NCBI GenBank assembly: GCA_949299165.1
Contig: CASFZJ010000001.1
Span: 67,504-131,503, forward strand
DNA: 64,000 nt
DNA from: an uncultured bacterium
GTDB taxonomy: Bacteria; Bacillota_I; Bacilli_A; RFN20; CAG-826
Reading direction: 5' to 3'
Position numbers and translations under genes: made by a program. Positions 32,760 to 43,107 of the stretch are shown here, piece by piece; positions within the stretch are counted from its first letter, which is position 1; each line of letters starts with the position of its first letter. The notes below the pieces were generated by a model. It searched no databases. It was not told where the DNA came from and saw only the letters and a list, made by a program, of their open reading frames with translations.

Positions 32760-33947
32760 ATGAAAGACATTGATTTAGATTTTTTTATCAAAAATATTGC
32801 TGATTTATGTGCTGTGCCAATCAGATATTTTGTTGATGGTTCATTCAAAAACATCTACTCAACAGTTGAAATTAAAATTGATCCTTTTGAATTCGTAAAA
32901 GATGAAATTTTTAAATTAGAAAAACATATCGATTATTTTACAAGTAAGAACAATTTTTATTATGTCATCGTTCAAAATGAAAACACAAAAATAATAATCG
33001 GACCTTCATTTTTTAACATCCCTGAAGATTACACATTAAATCGAATATGTTTTGAATTTAATTTAAATAGAGAAGACTCAATTTCATTTAAAAATACGAT
33101 AAAAACTATAAATCGCTTTCCACTTGAAACACTTCTACAAATTGCTTGTTCTTTAAATTACATTTTAAATGACGAAAAAATTAAATTAGGTGATCTTTTA
33201 ATGAAAGATTTAAAAGTTCCTACTCAACAAATAGAGCAAAAAGAACAAAATGAGAATGAAAAAATAGTATTGCCTCACAACACAATGAAAATTGAAAATG
33301 AACTTTTAAGCATTGTTAAATCTGGTGATTTAAATAAACTTAAATTTTATATTGAAAATATTCCTTCATTTAGAACAAATTCAATTGTTGAAAATCAAAT
33401 AAGACAATCAAAAGACTTATTTATTACAACTATTGCTTTAATTACACGTGCTGCAATAAGTGAGGGCGTTAATATCGAAGAAGCTTTAACTTTAAGCGAC
33501 AATTTTATTCAAAAAATAGAAAACTCTCGTACCATGAAAGAATTAAACGAAATCATCCTTAGCGCTTTAACAGAGTTTACAACAAAAGTTTCTTACCTAA
33601 AAAACGTACAAACTCAAACTGAATTTACCCTAAAATTATCCAATTTCATAATTCATAATATCTCGCGAAAATTGACGATTGATGACTTAGTTAATAATTT
33701 TTATATCTCAAAAACTTCATTATGTGAAAAAGTTAAAAACAACAGTGGCTTAACAGTTAACGAATTTATTAACACCACTAAAATTGGTGTGGCTAAAGAT
33801 TTATTATCAAATACAACAAACTCAATACTTTCGATTTCTGATTACTTAGGCTTTAGTTCTCAAAACCATTTTGTGAAAGTGTTCAAGAAATATGTTGGCA
33901 CAACTCCTTCTGAATACAGAAAAAATCAAAATTTAAAAAATAGTTGA
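32760..33947 (+). CDS. AraC-family transcriptional regulator
   Basis: C-terminal double HTH (ISDYLGFSSQNHFVKVFKKYVGTTPSEYR); divergent from the GH3-rha operon; start moved from 32640 to 32760 by comparison with the paralog and to remove the overlap. Confidence 0.92.
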   Translation: MKDIDLDFFIKNIADLCAVPIRYFVDGSFKNIYSTVEIKIDPFEFVKDEIFKLEKHIDYFTSKNNFYYVIVQNENTKIIIGPSFFNIPEDYTLNRICFEFNLNREDSISFKNTIKTINRFPLETLLQIACSLNYILNDEKIKLGDLLMKDLKVPTQQIEQKEQNENEKIVLPHNTMKIENELLSIVKSGDLNKLKFYIENIPSFRTNSIVENQIRQSKDLFITTIALITRAAISEGVNIEEALTLSDNFIQKIENSRTMKELNEIILSALTEFTTKVSYLKNVQTQTEFTLKLSNFIIHNISRKLTIDDLVNNFYISKTSLCEKVKNNSGLTVNEFINTTKIGVAKDLLSNTTNSILSISDYLGFSSQNHFVKVFKKYVGTTPSEYRKNQNLKNS

Positions 33948-33981
33948 GCTAACCATGGTTTTTGAGAAAAATCGAATTTAA

Positions 33982-35337
33982 TTAATTTATTTTAAAAGAT
34001 AAATAATAAGGGATAGTTAATATATTTTGTGTCTCTCCTAAATTTGAAGAGGTTAGTTTAACTAATCTATCGACATTGTACTTTGGATTTGAAAGCACTT
34101 CCTTTGCTGATTTAGCATTTCCGTTTTTTGCTTTTACCTCTAATAAGGTAATAAACGAGTTAACTTTAGAAACAAAATCAATTTTTAATCCACTTCTTTT
34201 CGAAAAATAATAAAAATCCTTTTTGCTTTTTATTAAAGCATCAGCAACGAGACTTTCATAAATCATTCCTTTGCCAAAAGATAAATCATTTGTGAGTATT
34301 TTAAACTTAATATCACTATCAAGCATTCCAATCGTCAAACCAATATCTGTTAAATAAACTTTAAAATCATTTTCGATCTTAAATGCACTTAGTGGTTCCT
34401 CAAAAGTCGTTATATTGTGGCACAATTTAATTAAGCCATATTGTTCAAGCCAAGTTAGTGCGCTCTTATATGTATAATTTTTATTTTTGTTTCCAACCAT
34501 GCTGTAAGTAAACTTCTTATTTTCTTTAGAAAGTTGATTAGGAAGGGAAATAAATACATCTAAAATTCTTGCTTTTTCTAATTCATTACGGACAATTTTT
34601 CCATCTTTACTTAAATGTGTTTCAAAGTCATCTTTATAGTTTTGAATAATATTTTTCTGATAGTGATCAACTTCTGAAAATCTTTTGTTCTAACATAAGC
34701 TTCTACCACTTCTGGTAAGCCACCTACACATATATAAATTCTAATCCAGTTTAAAAATAGTTCATGTAAATAAGAAGGAATTTCTTTTTTTCATTAAAAC
34801 ATTCCTTTATAATTTCTATCAAATTTAAAGAAACATTATTGGCCCGTAAAAATTCTTCAAAATCCATCGGCATCATTGTTATTACTTCTTCAGAGCCAAC
34901 GCAATCCCTCTACTATTTTCGCTTGTATCATTATAACCACTTATTCCCAAAAAAGATCCAGTACAAATAACATCAAATCTTTCATCTCCATTAAAATATT
35001 TAAGTGAAGATCTTGCATTTAAACAATCTTGAATTTCGTCAAAAATTAAAATTGTTTTGTGAGGCACCATCTTCGAATTTTTAATTATCTTGTTTTCATC
35101 AGGAAGAGCTGTTATCATTGCTGAAATATAATCGATGTTAAAATTACCAGCAAATATTTTTGCTAAATCTTTATCTTTACGAAAATCCAAAAAGAATGCA
35201 TTTTCATATTTTTCTTTAGCAAATTCTTTTGCGGAAACTGTCTTACCGATTTGCCTTAGACCCTTAATAATCAATGGTTTTTTGTTTTCTCTTGCGTACC
35301 ATTTATTTAGATATTCGCTAATTTTTCTTTTAAACAT
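33982..35337 (-). pseudogene. AAA_14 ATPase + DUF4143 protein with three -1 frameshifts
   Basis: Walker A GLRQIGKT and Walker B FDEIQ; PMDFEEFL(W)A, VGGLPEVV, DIG, LEVK. A continuous ~450-codon frame needs +1 nt at about 34901, in the T run 34785-34791 and in the A run 34677-34680. Confidence 0.85.
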
Positions 35338-35399
35338 ATTAATTTATCTAAATTATATCGATAATAATCGTATTTTTAGATACATTTAAAAGATTAAAC

Positions 35400-35580
35400 C
35401 AGAATTTTTCAAGCGAGTTTTTCCGAAAAGTCAGAATTTTTCAAGCGAGTTATTAAGAAATGTCAGAATTTTTCAAGCGAGTTCTTCCAAAAAATCAGAA
35501 TTTTCGGGTGAGTTTTTCAGAAAAATCAGAGTTTTTCAAGCAACTTTTATCAAATATGAAAATTCACAAGGTCAGAATTT
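35400..35580. repeat. tandem array of ~32-bp units (core CAGAATTTTTCAAGCGAGTT)
   Basis: Unit starts at 35400, 35432, 35464, 35496, 35527, plus a partial at 35573. Confidence 0.9.
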
Positions 35581-35589
35581 TTAGTTACT

Positions 35590-35671
35590 TTGCATATTTT
35601 TACAAGAAAAAAATAAGTTAAGTTGCATATAATTACAACTTAAAAAAGGAGAAAGTTGCATATAATTACAA
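35590..35671. repeat. three copies of TTGCATATWWTTACAA at 33-bp period
   Basis: Starts at 35590, 35623, 35656; imperfect palindrome. Confidence 0.85.
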
Positions 35672-35803
35672 GATTGCGAAGGATTTAACTGCCGATAAGA
35701 CAACCCACATTTTCTTCTTGAGCCCGTCTATCAAAGACCGCAATCATTGCAATCTTTTTTAATCTGGTTAAAAATTATTCTGCTTCTAGAAAGACTTTCC
35801 AAT

Positions 35804-35998
35804 TTAAAAAGAATATTAATTAATAAATCTGCTTCATTAGTTAAAATTCTAGATATGTATAACAATTCAAACTATTTAACCGTGGGTGAGTTAAGTCCAA
35901 ACTTTTTGAATAAAATTCAAAATTATCAAAAATAAATATTGGCGCTTCTAAGCGTTCATAATTTTAATGAGATTTTTTTAAAATATAACGAATTTAAA
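35804..35998 (+). pseudogene. 3' remnant of an HD/alarmone-hydrolase-like gene (paralog of 54384..55043)
   Basis: KSASLVKILDMYNNSNYLT identical to the 54384 protein; TAA at 35933-35935 where the paralog has TAC; similarity continues past the stop (FLKYNEF); 5' part absent. Confidence 0.85.
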
Positions 35999-36043
35999 TA
36001 TAGTAAATTTAATGTGAGATTTGCAGGGTTTTTGAAAAAACAC

Positions 36044-38617
36044 CTATTCATTAAATGAAAGTTCATTAATTCCCGGCACAAGTTCACAATGAAAATCTTT
36101 AAACATAAACTCAGCTTTTGTGTTTGGAGGTATTGATATTTTAAAATTGATTTTTTTATTTTCTCTTTCCCAAGACGCACTCACTCTTCCATATAAAGAA
36201 TCATAATATCCTTTTGCAAATTTAAAAGTTCCACCAATTACTGGTTCAATTTTAAAAGAGTTTTCAGCATTAACATTTATACCAAGTACAGCTTTAAAAA
36301 GGAACTCTACCATTGCGCCTTTTGAATAGTGATTTAAGGAAGATAAACCATAATTTTGTTGTACGCCTTCCCAACTTTCCCAAATTGATCCAGTCGAATT
36401 TTTTGCCATATAAAGCCAACCTGGTTTTTCTTCATTCTCAAGCAATTTATAAGCGTATTCTGGATCGATATCTTTTAAAACAAAAAGTATAAATGGGGTT
36501 GATAAAAATCCTGTTCCAATTCTCCAAGAAAAATCATTTAAGTCTACGATTAATTTATTTTGAGCAAATTTCTTTTGCTCTTCATCAAGTAAATTCATAT
36601 ATAAAGGGCGAACAAGTAAGGCTTGTCTTTTGGTATCAAGAGAAAATTCCTTTAAAGTTATTAGTTCTTGATATGCTTCTCTTGTTCCCTTTATATATTT
36701 ATCTATTTTTTGCGCTTCTTCTTCATGTCCTAAAACTCGTTCAATTTCCTGAAAACAAGTTAAAACGTAATTTGTATAAGCAGTTGAAACTTCTGGATGA
36801 GGAAAAATTACATCTTTCCAATCTTGAGGATAAATATCATTTGGCTCAGCCCATTCTCCATACGATTGATCTCTTCTAACTAAATATTTTTTATTTTTAT
36901 GAGATATTTTGATGTGTTTTGATATTGGTCCACCCCGTTTTCCAATTCTTTTAATCATAAAATTGATATATTTTTTCATTGGCCCATATATTGATTCAAG
37001 ATATTTTTTATCGCCATACAATTTATAAAATCTATATGGTATTAAGATTCCAGCATCAGCCCACCCAACTGAACCATTTAATGTATGCATGAAAAATGGC
37101 TCATTAACTGTTGGAACAATGTGAGAAAAACGACCATCTTTGAATTGTCGATCAATTAAGTCATTAATATGTTTTCTAATAAATGGTGCATAATCCATTA
37201 AATAAGCTGCACTATTAAAGAAAATTTGTGAATCCCCAGTCCAACCAGCTCTTTCGCGAGTAGGACAATCAGTTGGCACATCAACCGAATTTGATTTTAA
37301 GGAATTTATCGTATTTTTAAAGAAAATATTAACTAAATTATTTGAACATTCAAAATTAGAAATTAGCGATAAATCACTATAAATTACGATTTGTTTAAAA
37401 TCAGTCAATTCATAAGGCACATCACTTTCTATAAGAGCATATTTAAATCCACCATAATAAAATTTTGACTTATATTCATTAATTCCATCTTTAAAAATAT
37501 AGTTAATTTCTTGTTTTGGTGTATCACCATATTTTGTATGATCTTGAATATTTAGTAATGAAAATTCCCCATCATTATCGATATATTCACCCATCACAAT
37601 ACGGATTTTATCGCCTTTTTTACCTTTTAATTTAAAAGCAATATATCCACTTAAATTGTTTTCAAAAAGTAAAACATGTTTCTTTTTAGGTGTGATGATT
37701 TCTTTTATTGGATAATGTTCTTCTTTTTCTTTCACAAAATAGTTATTTGAAGCTTTCAAATTATATTTTTTGTGGATTTCTTTGGCTCTTCCTTTATAGG
37801 TAGGAACAAGATTAGCGTCAAAAAATTCACCATCTTTAATATCATTAAAAATAATAGGACCATCGTTCGACCACGAGAACTTATCATCACTTAAAACTTC
37901 AAAAAGAAGCTTATCACCGCTAAAAAATTCACATTGCAGGAAAGCTTTACTTACTTTTCCAAAAGTATTTGGTTTTCCACTCCCACCATTATTTCCACGA
38001 TACCACCCATCACCAAGTATAATTTTTATCTCGTTTCTACCTTCTTTTAATAGAGGTAAAATGTCGTATGTTTGATATTGAACCCTTTTACGATAATCAG
38101 TCGAACCTGGTGCCAAAACAAAATCACCGACTCTCTTATCGTTAATAGAAAGTTCATATAACCCACACGCACTTGCATAAGCTCTTGCTTTTGTAATTTT
38201 ATTTAAGTCTTCAATAGAAAATTCTTTTTTAAAATAATCGGCTGGGTATCTTGTTTTTCTTTTAACTTTATAATTGCCGCTTATCCATTTTGCATGAAAA
38301 TCAGTCTCGTTCAAAAGACCAATTTCAAACGAATTTTCTTCGCTAAAAACATGAGTGTCATCATTTATTATTGCTTCAATTTTATATTTAATTATGTCCC
38401 TACTTTTAAAGGGGTTCGTAAAAATATAATTCATCGAACTAGATTCAACAAGCTCACTAACATAATTATTTTTATTAATTGAATAATGAATTTTGAAAGC
38501 TTTTTGTAAAAGCTTTTCATCTCCTTCAGATTTATAATTCCAAGTAATTCTAGGACTTAAAATATCGATGCCGATTGGATTAGTTAAATACTCACATTTT
38601 ACATTTTCAATTTTCAT
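36044..38617 (-). CDS. alpha-L-rhamnosidase (GH78), second paralog
   Basis: Collinear with 25720..28290; TDCPTRERAGWTGD, GEWAEP, SLNHYSKG; start moved to the ATG at 38617 (MKIENVKCEYL). Confidence 0.94.
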   Translation of the reverse strand: MKIENVKCEYLTNPIGIDILSPRITWNYKSEGDEKLLQKAFKIHYSINKNNYVSELVESSSMNYIFTNPFKSRDIIKYKIEAIINDDTHVFSEENSFEIGLLNETDFHAKWISGNYKVKRKTRYPADYFKKEFSIEDLNKITKARAYASACGLYELSINDKRVGDFVLAPGSTDYRKRVQYQTYDILPLLKEGRNEIKIILGDGWYRGNNGGSGKPNTFGKVSKAFLQCEFFSGDKLLFEVLSDDKFSWSNDGPIIFNDIKDGEFFDANLVPTYKGRAKEIHKKYNLKASNNYFVKEKEEHYPIKEIITPKKKHVLLFENNLSGYIAFKLKGKKGDKIRIVMGEYIDNDGEFSLLNIQDHTKYGDTPKQEINYIFKDGINEYKSKFYYGGFKYALIESDVPYELTDFKQIVIYSDLSLISNFECSNNLVNIFFKNTINSLKSNSVDVPTDCPTRERAGWTGDSQIFFNSAAYLMDYAPFIRKHINDLIDRQFKDGRFSHIVPTVNEPFFMHTLNGSVGWADAGILIPYRFYKLYGDKKYLESIYGPMKKYINFMIKRIGKRGGPISKHIKISHKNKKYLVRRDQSYGEWAEPNDIYPQDWKDVIFPHPEVSTAYTNYVLTCFQEIERVLGHEEEAQKIDKYIKGTREAYQELITLKEFSLDTKRQALLVRPLYMNLLDEEQKKFAQNKLIVDLNDFSWRIGTGFLSTPFILFVLKDIDPEYAYKLLENEEKPGWLYMAKNSTGSIWESWEGVQQNYGLSSLNHYSKGAMVEFLFKAVLGINVNAENSFKIEPVIGGTFKFAKGYYDSLYGRVSASWERENKKINFKISIPPNTKAEFMFKDFHCELVPGINELSFNE

Positions 38618-38759
38618 AATTTTCACCTTTAAAATGTCAAATTGTTTACAAAAAGCCTGCAAAAACCATATATTTTTGAAAATTTTTCCAGGAATTTTGA
38701 AAAAACCAGTACTTTTTTAAATTTTCTTCGGAAATTTTTAATATTTCCGTATTTTTAAA

Positions 38760-40214
38760 TTAGAGAAGCGTTTTTGTCGCCAAATATAGTCTCTTATATT
38801 TTAAATATTTTGATAAATATTTTTCGTGTAAACTTAAATTAGGTTTAAAAACTTCTTTTGTGTGAACTAAATTTTCTGATATTTCCTCTAGTGATAAATT
38901 AGGTTTGTCTCCCTTTATCGCTAGGATAATTGCGCCTAAAGTTCCACCATCACTTGTTGTAATGGTTTCAACTTCTTTACCTAAAACATCCGATAATATT
39001 TGAACAATTTTTCTCGTTTTAGAACCGCCTCCAATAACTCGAATCTTATTTGCATTAATACCTAATTCTTCAATAACTTTTAAGTTATCTAAAAGAGAAA
39101 AACAAACACCTTCTACAACACTTTTAGTCAAATCTTTTGTTGTATAAAAATCGTTTAGACCGAAAAACATTCCACAAGCACTTGGATCATTTATTGGACT
39201 TCTTTCACCAGACAAATATGGCAAAAATATAATTTCATTAAAATTATTTAGGTCAATTTCGTTAAAAATATAATCATAATTGTTTTTTCGTAATACCTTT
39301 TCAACCCACCATGTAAATGAATTTGCGGCTGAAAGTGTACATGCTAAATAATGGAATTTACCATTAGTATGTCTAAAACTATGAACTCTTGCCTCTTTAT
39401 CGATATTTAAAGCATCACAAGATGCAAAAACTGTTCCTGAAGTGCCTAAAGAAATAAATACATCACCATTTTTTAATGTATTAGTTCCAGTTCCTCCGAC
39501 TGCTTGGTCGCCTCCACCTATAACAACCTTACAATCTTTACTTAAACCAGTTATTTTTGTTAACTCAGACCTAACTTTCCCTATTACATCAAAACTATTG
39601 AAAATTTTAGGTAATTTAGATTCATTGATTTCAGCAATCCCTAACATTTTCTTAGAATATGTTTTATTTTTTACATCAAAGAATAATGTTCCGCTTAAAT
39701 CTGAAACATCACTAGCGAATACCCCGCTTAATTTATATGCTAAATAATCTTTAGGAAGCATTATTTTTTCAATGTGATCAAAATTGTTCTTTTCATGCTT
39801 TTTAACCCATAGAAGTTTTGGCAAAGTGAATCCACATAAAGCAATATTTGCTGTTTCTTGAAGTAAAGTCTCTTTCCCAATTACATCATTCAAATAAGCA
39901 ACTTCTTTTGTGGTTCTTGAATCATTCCATAAAATCGCGTTACGTATAATTTCATCATTTTTATTTAACAAAACTAATCCATGCATTTGACCACAAAAAG
40001 CAATCGAACGCACCTTTGATAAATCATGTTTTATTCCAAGATTAGCTAAACAATAAATTAATACTTCATACCATTCTTGTGGATTTTCTTCATAATAATT
40101 TGGCAAAGGATTAAAAAGTGTAATTTCTTTGCTTGAAGAATCGATTATTTCTCCACTATCATTAGCTAAAGAAACCTTTAAAGCACTTGTTCCTAAATCA
40201 ACTCCTAAATACAT
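38760..40214 (-). CDS. xylB: xylulokinase
   Basis: GVDLGTSALK, GQMHG, LWNDSRT, GGGDQA, SLGTSG, PYLSGERSP, GGGSK. Confidence 0.95.
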   Translation of the reverse strand: MYLGVDLGTSALKVSLANDSGEIIDSSSKEITLFNPLPNYYEENPQEWYEVLIYCLANLGIKHDLSKVRSIAFCGQMHGLVLLNKNDEIIRNAILWNDSRTTKEVAYLNDVIGKETLLQETANIALCGFTLPKLLWVKKHEKNNFDHIEKIMLPKDYLAYKLSGVFASDVSDLSGTLFFDVKNKTYSKKMLGIAEINESKLPKIFNSFDVIGKVRSELTKITGLSKDCKVVIGGGDQAVGGTGTNTLKNGDVFISLGTSGTVFASCDALNIDKEARVHSFRHTNGKFHYLACTLSAANSFTWWVEKVLRKNNYDYIFNEIDLNNFNEIIFLPYLSGERSPINDPSACGMFFGLNDFYTTKDLTKSVVEGVCFSLLDNLKVIEELGINANKIRVIGGGSKTRKIVQILSDVLGKEVETITTSDGGTLGAIILAIKGDKPNLSLEEISENLVHTKEVFKPNLSLHEKYLSKYLKYKRLYLATKTLL

Positions 40215-40217
40215 AAT

Positions 40218-41531
40218 TTATTTCTCGAATAAAATGCTATTTAATACAGACTCAAGATATTCCTGTCTTCCGCTTTGAACATTTATATCGTCATGTTTTA
40301 AAGCATATTCACTTAATTCTTCAAAATTAGTGGATTTTTGCGAGATTTTTTCTCCAATTCCGGTTTGATAACTTCTATATCTTTCTTCTTTAAATTCATC
40401 AATCCTGCCATCTTCAATCATTTTAACGGCTTTTCTTAAACCTAAAGCAAAAGCATCCATTCCTGCAATATAGGCAAGAAGAATATCTTCTAAAGTGTTA
40501 GATTGGCGCCTTGTTTTAGCATCAAAATTTAATCCGCCATTTGTAAATCCGCCTTCTTTTAAAACTTCATACATGCATAAAGTTGTATCGTAAACATTTG
40601 TTGGGAATTGATCGGTATCCCGTCCAAGAAGCATATCACCTTGGTTAGCATCAATACTGCCAAACACTCCATTGACTCTTGCTGTTCTTAATTCATGTTC
40701 AAATGTATGACCTGCAAGTGTTGCGTGATTTGCTTCGATATTTAATCTAAAATCATCCATTAAATTATAAGTTCTAAGGAAATTACAAGCGGTAGCAGCA
40801 TCAAAGTCATATTGATGTTTTGTTGGTTCTTTTGGTTTTGGTTCAATATAAAAATCGCCTTTATAACCTTTACTTCTTGCATAATCTCTTGCCATTTGCA
40901 TAAAATAACCAAGATTATCAAGTTCAACCTTCATATTTGTATTTAATAAGGTGTCATAACCTTCTCTTCCACCCCAAAATACATAGCCGGTTCCACCAAG
41001 TTTAATATTTGCATCTAAACAAGCTTTGACCTTAGCGGCACTTAAAGCAAAAACATCAGCGTTAGGTGAAGTTGCGGCACCAGCCATAAAAACTTTATCG
41101 CCAAAATTATTAGCTGTACACCAGAGAAGTTTCTTATTATGTTTCTTTTGTAAAACTGCTAAATAATCAACAATTTCTTTAAAATTGTCAAAGAATTCTT
41201 TTAAATTTTTGCCTTTTGGAGCAACATCAACATCATGGAAACAATAATAATCTATTGATAATTTATCCATTAATTCAAATGCGACATCCGCTCTTTTTTT
41301 ATAAAGTTTCATTGGTTCAGTTTCGCCCCAACTTTTATCTTCAGTTGGTCCACCAAACATATCAACTCCACAATAATCTAAAGTGTGCCAATAAGACATA
41401 GCAAACTTTAGATGTTCTCTCATCTTTTTACCTAAAATAACTTCATCAGGATTGTAATATTTAAAGGAAAATGGATCTTTTGAGTCTGGTCCTTTATAAA
41501 CGACTTTTTCAATTTCATTATACTTTTTCAT
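40218..41531 (-). CDS. xylA: xylose isomerase, class II
   Basis: [49 protein letters not shown](W)[13 protein letters not shown]. Confidence 0.97.
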   Translation of the reverse strand: MKKYNEIEKVVYKGPDSKDPFSFKYYNPDEVILGKKMREHLKFAMSYWHTLDYCGVDMFGGPTEDKSWGETEPMKLYKKRADVAFELMDKLSIDYYCFHDVDVAPKGKNLKEFFDNFKEIVDYLAVLQKKHNKKLLWCTANNFGDKVFMAGAATSPNADVFALSAAKVKACLDANIKLGGTGYVFWGGREGYDTLLNTNMKVELDNLGYFMQMARDYARSKGYKGDFYIEPKPKEPTKHQYDFDAATACNFLRTYNLMDDFRLNIEANHATLAGHTFEHELRTARVNGVFGSIDANQGDMLLGRDTDQFPTNVYDTTLCMYEVLKEGGFTNGGLNFDAKTRRQSNTLEDILLAYIAGMDAFALGLRKAVKMIEDGRIDEFKEERYRSYQTGIGEKISQKSTNFEELSEYALKHDDINVQSGRQEYLESVLNSILFEK

Positions 41532-41543
41532 ATTTGAAACTCC

Positions 41544-43097
41544 TTATTTTATAAATTCATAAAGATAAATTGAGTTGCTTTTTGCAACAAAATTTATAAT
41601 TGTTTTACCAAAATCCCTGCAAAAGTCCACTTTTTCTTTTTTTAATGTAGAGTTTTCACGGATTTTCACGATTTCTTCATCACTTAATAATTTCTTTTCA
41701 CGAAGTTTCTTCCGTTCTTTCACAGGATTAACATGGTCATCATCAATACGATATAAATTAACTTCTTTATATTCTCCTTCGAGAGTTAATTTAATCTTTT
41801 CCTCGTTATTTTTATCAATATCAAAATCTTGATTAAAGACTAAAACTTGGTAACCATTATTCGTTTTATAAATATGGTATTCGAACTCTTTTTCTTCGTT
41901 TTTATCTAAAGTAATTTCATCATGTGATAAGTTATTTAAAATCTTGAACGCATAGAAAACTGGTTTAGGAATACCAACATTATTCACAATTCCAAATCCG
42001 CCAAAGAATGGTTTATTAATAATAAACGATTCTTCAAAGATATCACTTCCACACCAATAGGAAGCGCCTGCAATTGAATCATCCATTTCAAGAGCATATT
42101 TTAAAGCAAAAGTTGCTGCAACTTTATCGTCGTGATATGGTGAACAATAAACCGCCATTGTCGACCATTCAGTTATATATAAAGGATAATTTGGAATTTG
42201 AGCATGTGCTTCTTTATCCATTTTCTTAAATAAAGACTTAGGCCAATTTACATAATTTGATTTTTTATAGAAGAATTTTTGGTAAGTTTTACCAATATCC
42301 CATTTTTCTTTTTTAGCTTGATGTGCAATTTTCATGATATTTAATGAATCTTTAAATTCAAAAACATTTCCAAAAGCATCACCAACATAATGGTGAGTAG
42401 TAACAAAATCAGGTTTACAACCATTATTTTCACCAAAAGTTGTAAAATCTTTTAACCATTTACATTTACTAGTTGAAGGTCCACCAATTTCAAGTTTTGG
42501 ATCGACATCTTTTAAGGCACAATATGCTGTTTTATAAAGTTTAAAATAATCTTTTTGTTTTCCATTAAAGAAAATTCCTAAATCTGGCTCATTCCAAACT
42601 TCAAATTTCCGTGTTTCGATTTCTTCTTTACCATAAGTTTCAACTAAAAATTCACCAAAATCATGAATGAATTTATAGTATTTGTCCCAACTTTTTGGTA
42701 AAGAAATATTGTTTTTATATCTCAAACCATATTTTTTCTTTTTAGCTAATGCTTCTGGCATAAAAGAAAGTTCTACAAATGGTTTAAAACCACAAAATAA
42801 AACATTATCCAAAACTTTCTTTACTTGTAAGAAATTGTATTCATAAATTGATCTAGAAAATGGCATCATCTTAAAATATGAATAATCTGATAATCTTTGA
42901 ATGATGAGCATATCATCATCAAATAATCCATGGAATCTTAAATATCTAATCCCGGTTTCTTCATGAATGAGCTTAAGTTGCTCTACCATATCTTTTCTTA
43001 GCATGAACACAGCATGACAATTTCCAATACAAAATTGCCATTTGTCATTTCTCTTTTTAATAGGTTTACTTTCTAAATTATTTAATACTATTTCCAT
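41544..43097 (-). CDS. beta-xylosidase (GH39)
   Basis: YLRFHGLFDDD, KPFVELSFMP, acid/base WNEP, GGPST, nucleophile YITEWS. Confidence 0.93.
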   Translation of the reverse strand: MEIVLNNLESKPIKKRNDKWQFCIGNCHAVFMLRKDMVEQLKLIHEETGIRYLRFHGLFDDDMLIIQRLSDYSYFKMMPFSRSIYEYNFLQVKKVLDNVLFCGFKPFVELSFMPEALAKKKKYGLRYKNNISLPKSWDKYYKFIHDFGEFLVETYGKEEIETRKFEVWNEPDLGIFFNGKQKDYFKLYKTAYCALKDVDPKLEIGGPSTSKCKWLKDFTTFGENNGCKPDFVTTHHYVGDAFGNVFEFKDSLNIMKIAHQAKKEKWDIGKTYQKFFYKKSNYVNWPKSLFKKMDKEAHAQIPNYPLYITEWSTMAVYCSPYHDDKVAATFALKYALEMDDSIAGASYWCGSDIFEESFIINKPFFGGFGIVNNVGIPKPVFYAFKILNNLSHDEITLDKNEEKEFEYHIYKTNNGYQVLVFNQDFDIDKNNEEKIKLTLEGEYKEVNLYRIDDDHVNPVKERKKLREKKLLSDEEIVKIRENSTLKKEKVDFCRDFGKTIINFVAKSNSIYLYEFIK

Positions 43098-43107
43098 AAA
43101 AACCTCA

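Noticed and set aside
35135-35389. ORF antisense to the AAA gene
   Set aside because: Shadow ORF with no RBS or motif.
35400-35580. CRISPR array
   Set aside because: The variable part is only ~12 bp and A/T-biased, the total period is ~32 bp, the units are degenerate and no cas genes are present.
35680-35800. Possible gene fragment next to the HD remnant
   Set aside because: No frame longer than a few dozen codons and no recognisable motif.
35933-35935. TAA read-through in the HD remnant
   Set aside because: The 5' two-thirds of the gene is missing and TAA is the main stop codon elsewhere; simple decay explains it.
40381-40520. AGG-to-Met reassignment (known in another uncultured Bacilli clade)
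   Set aside because: AGG occurs at Arg positions in xylA (AKTRR and EDGRI), so AGG stays Arg.
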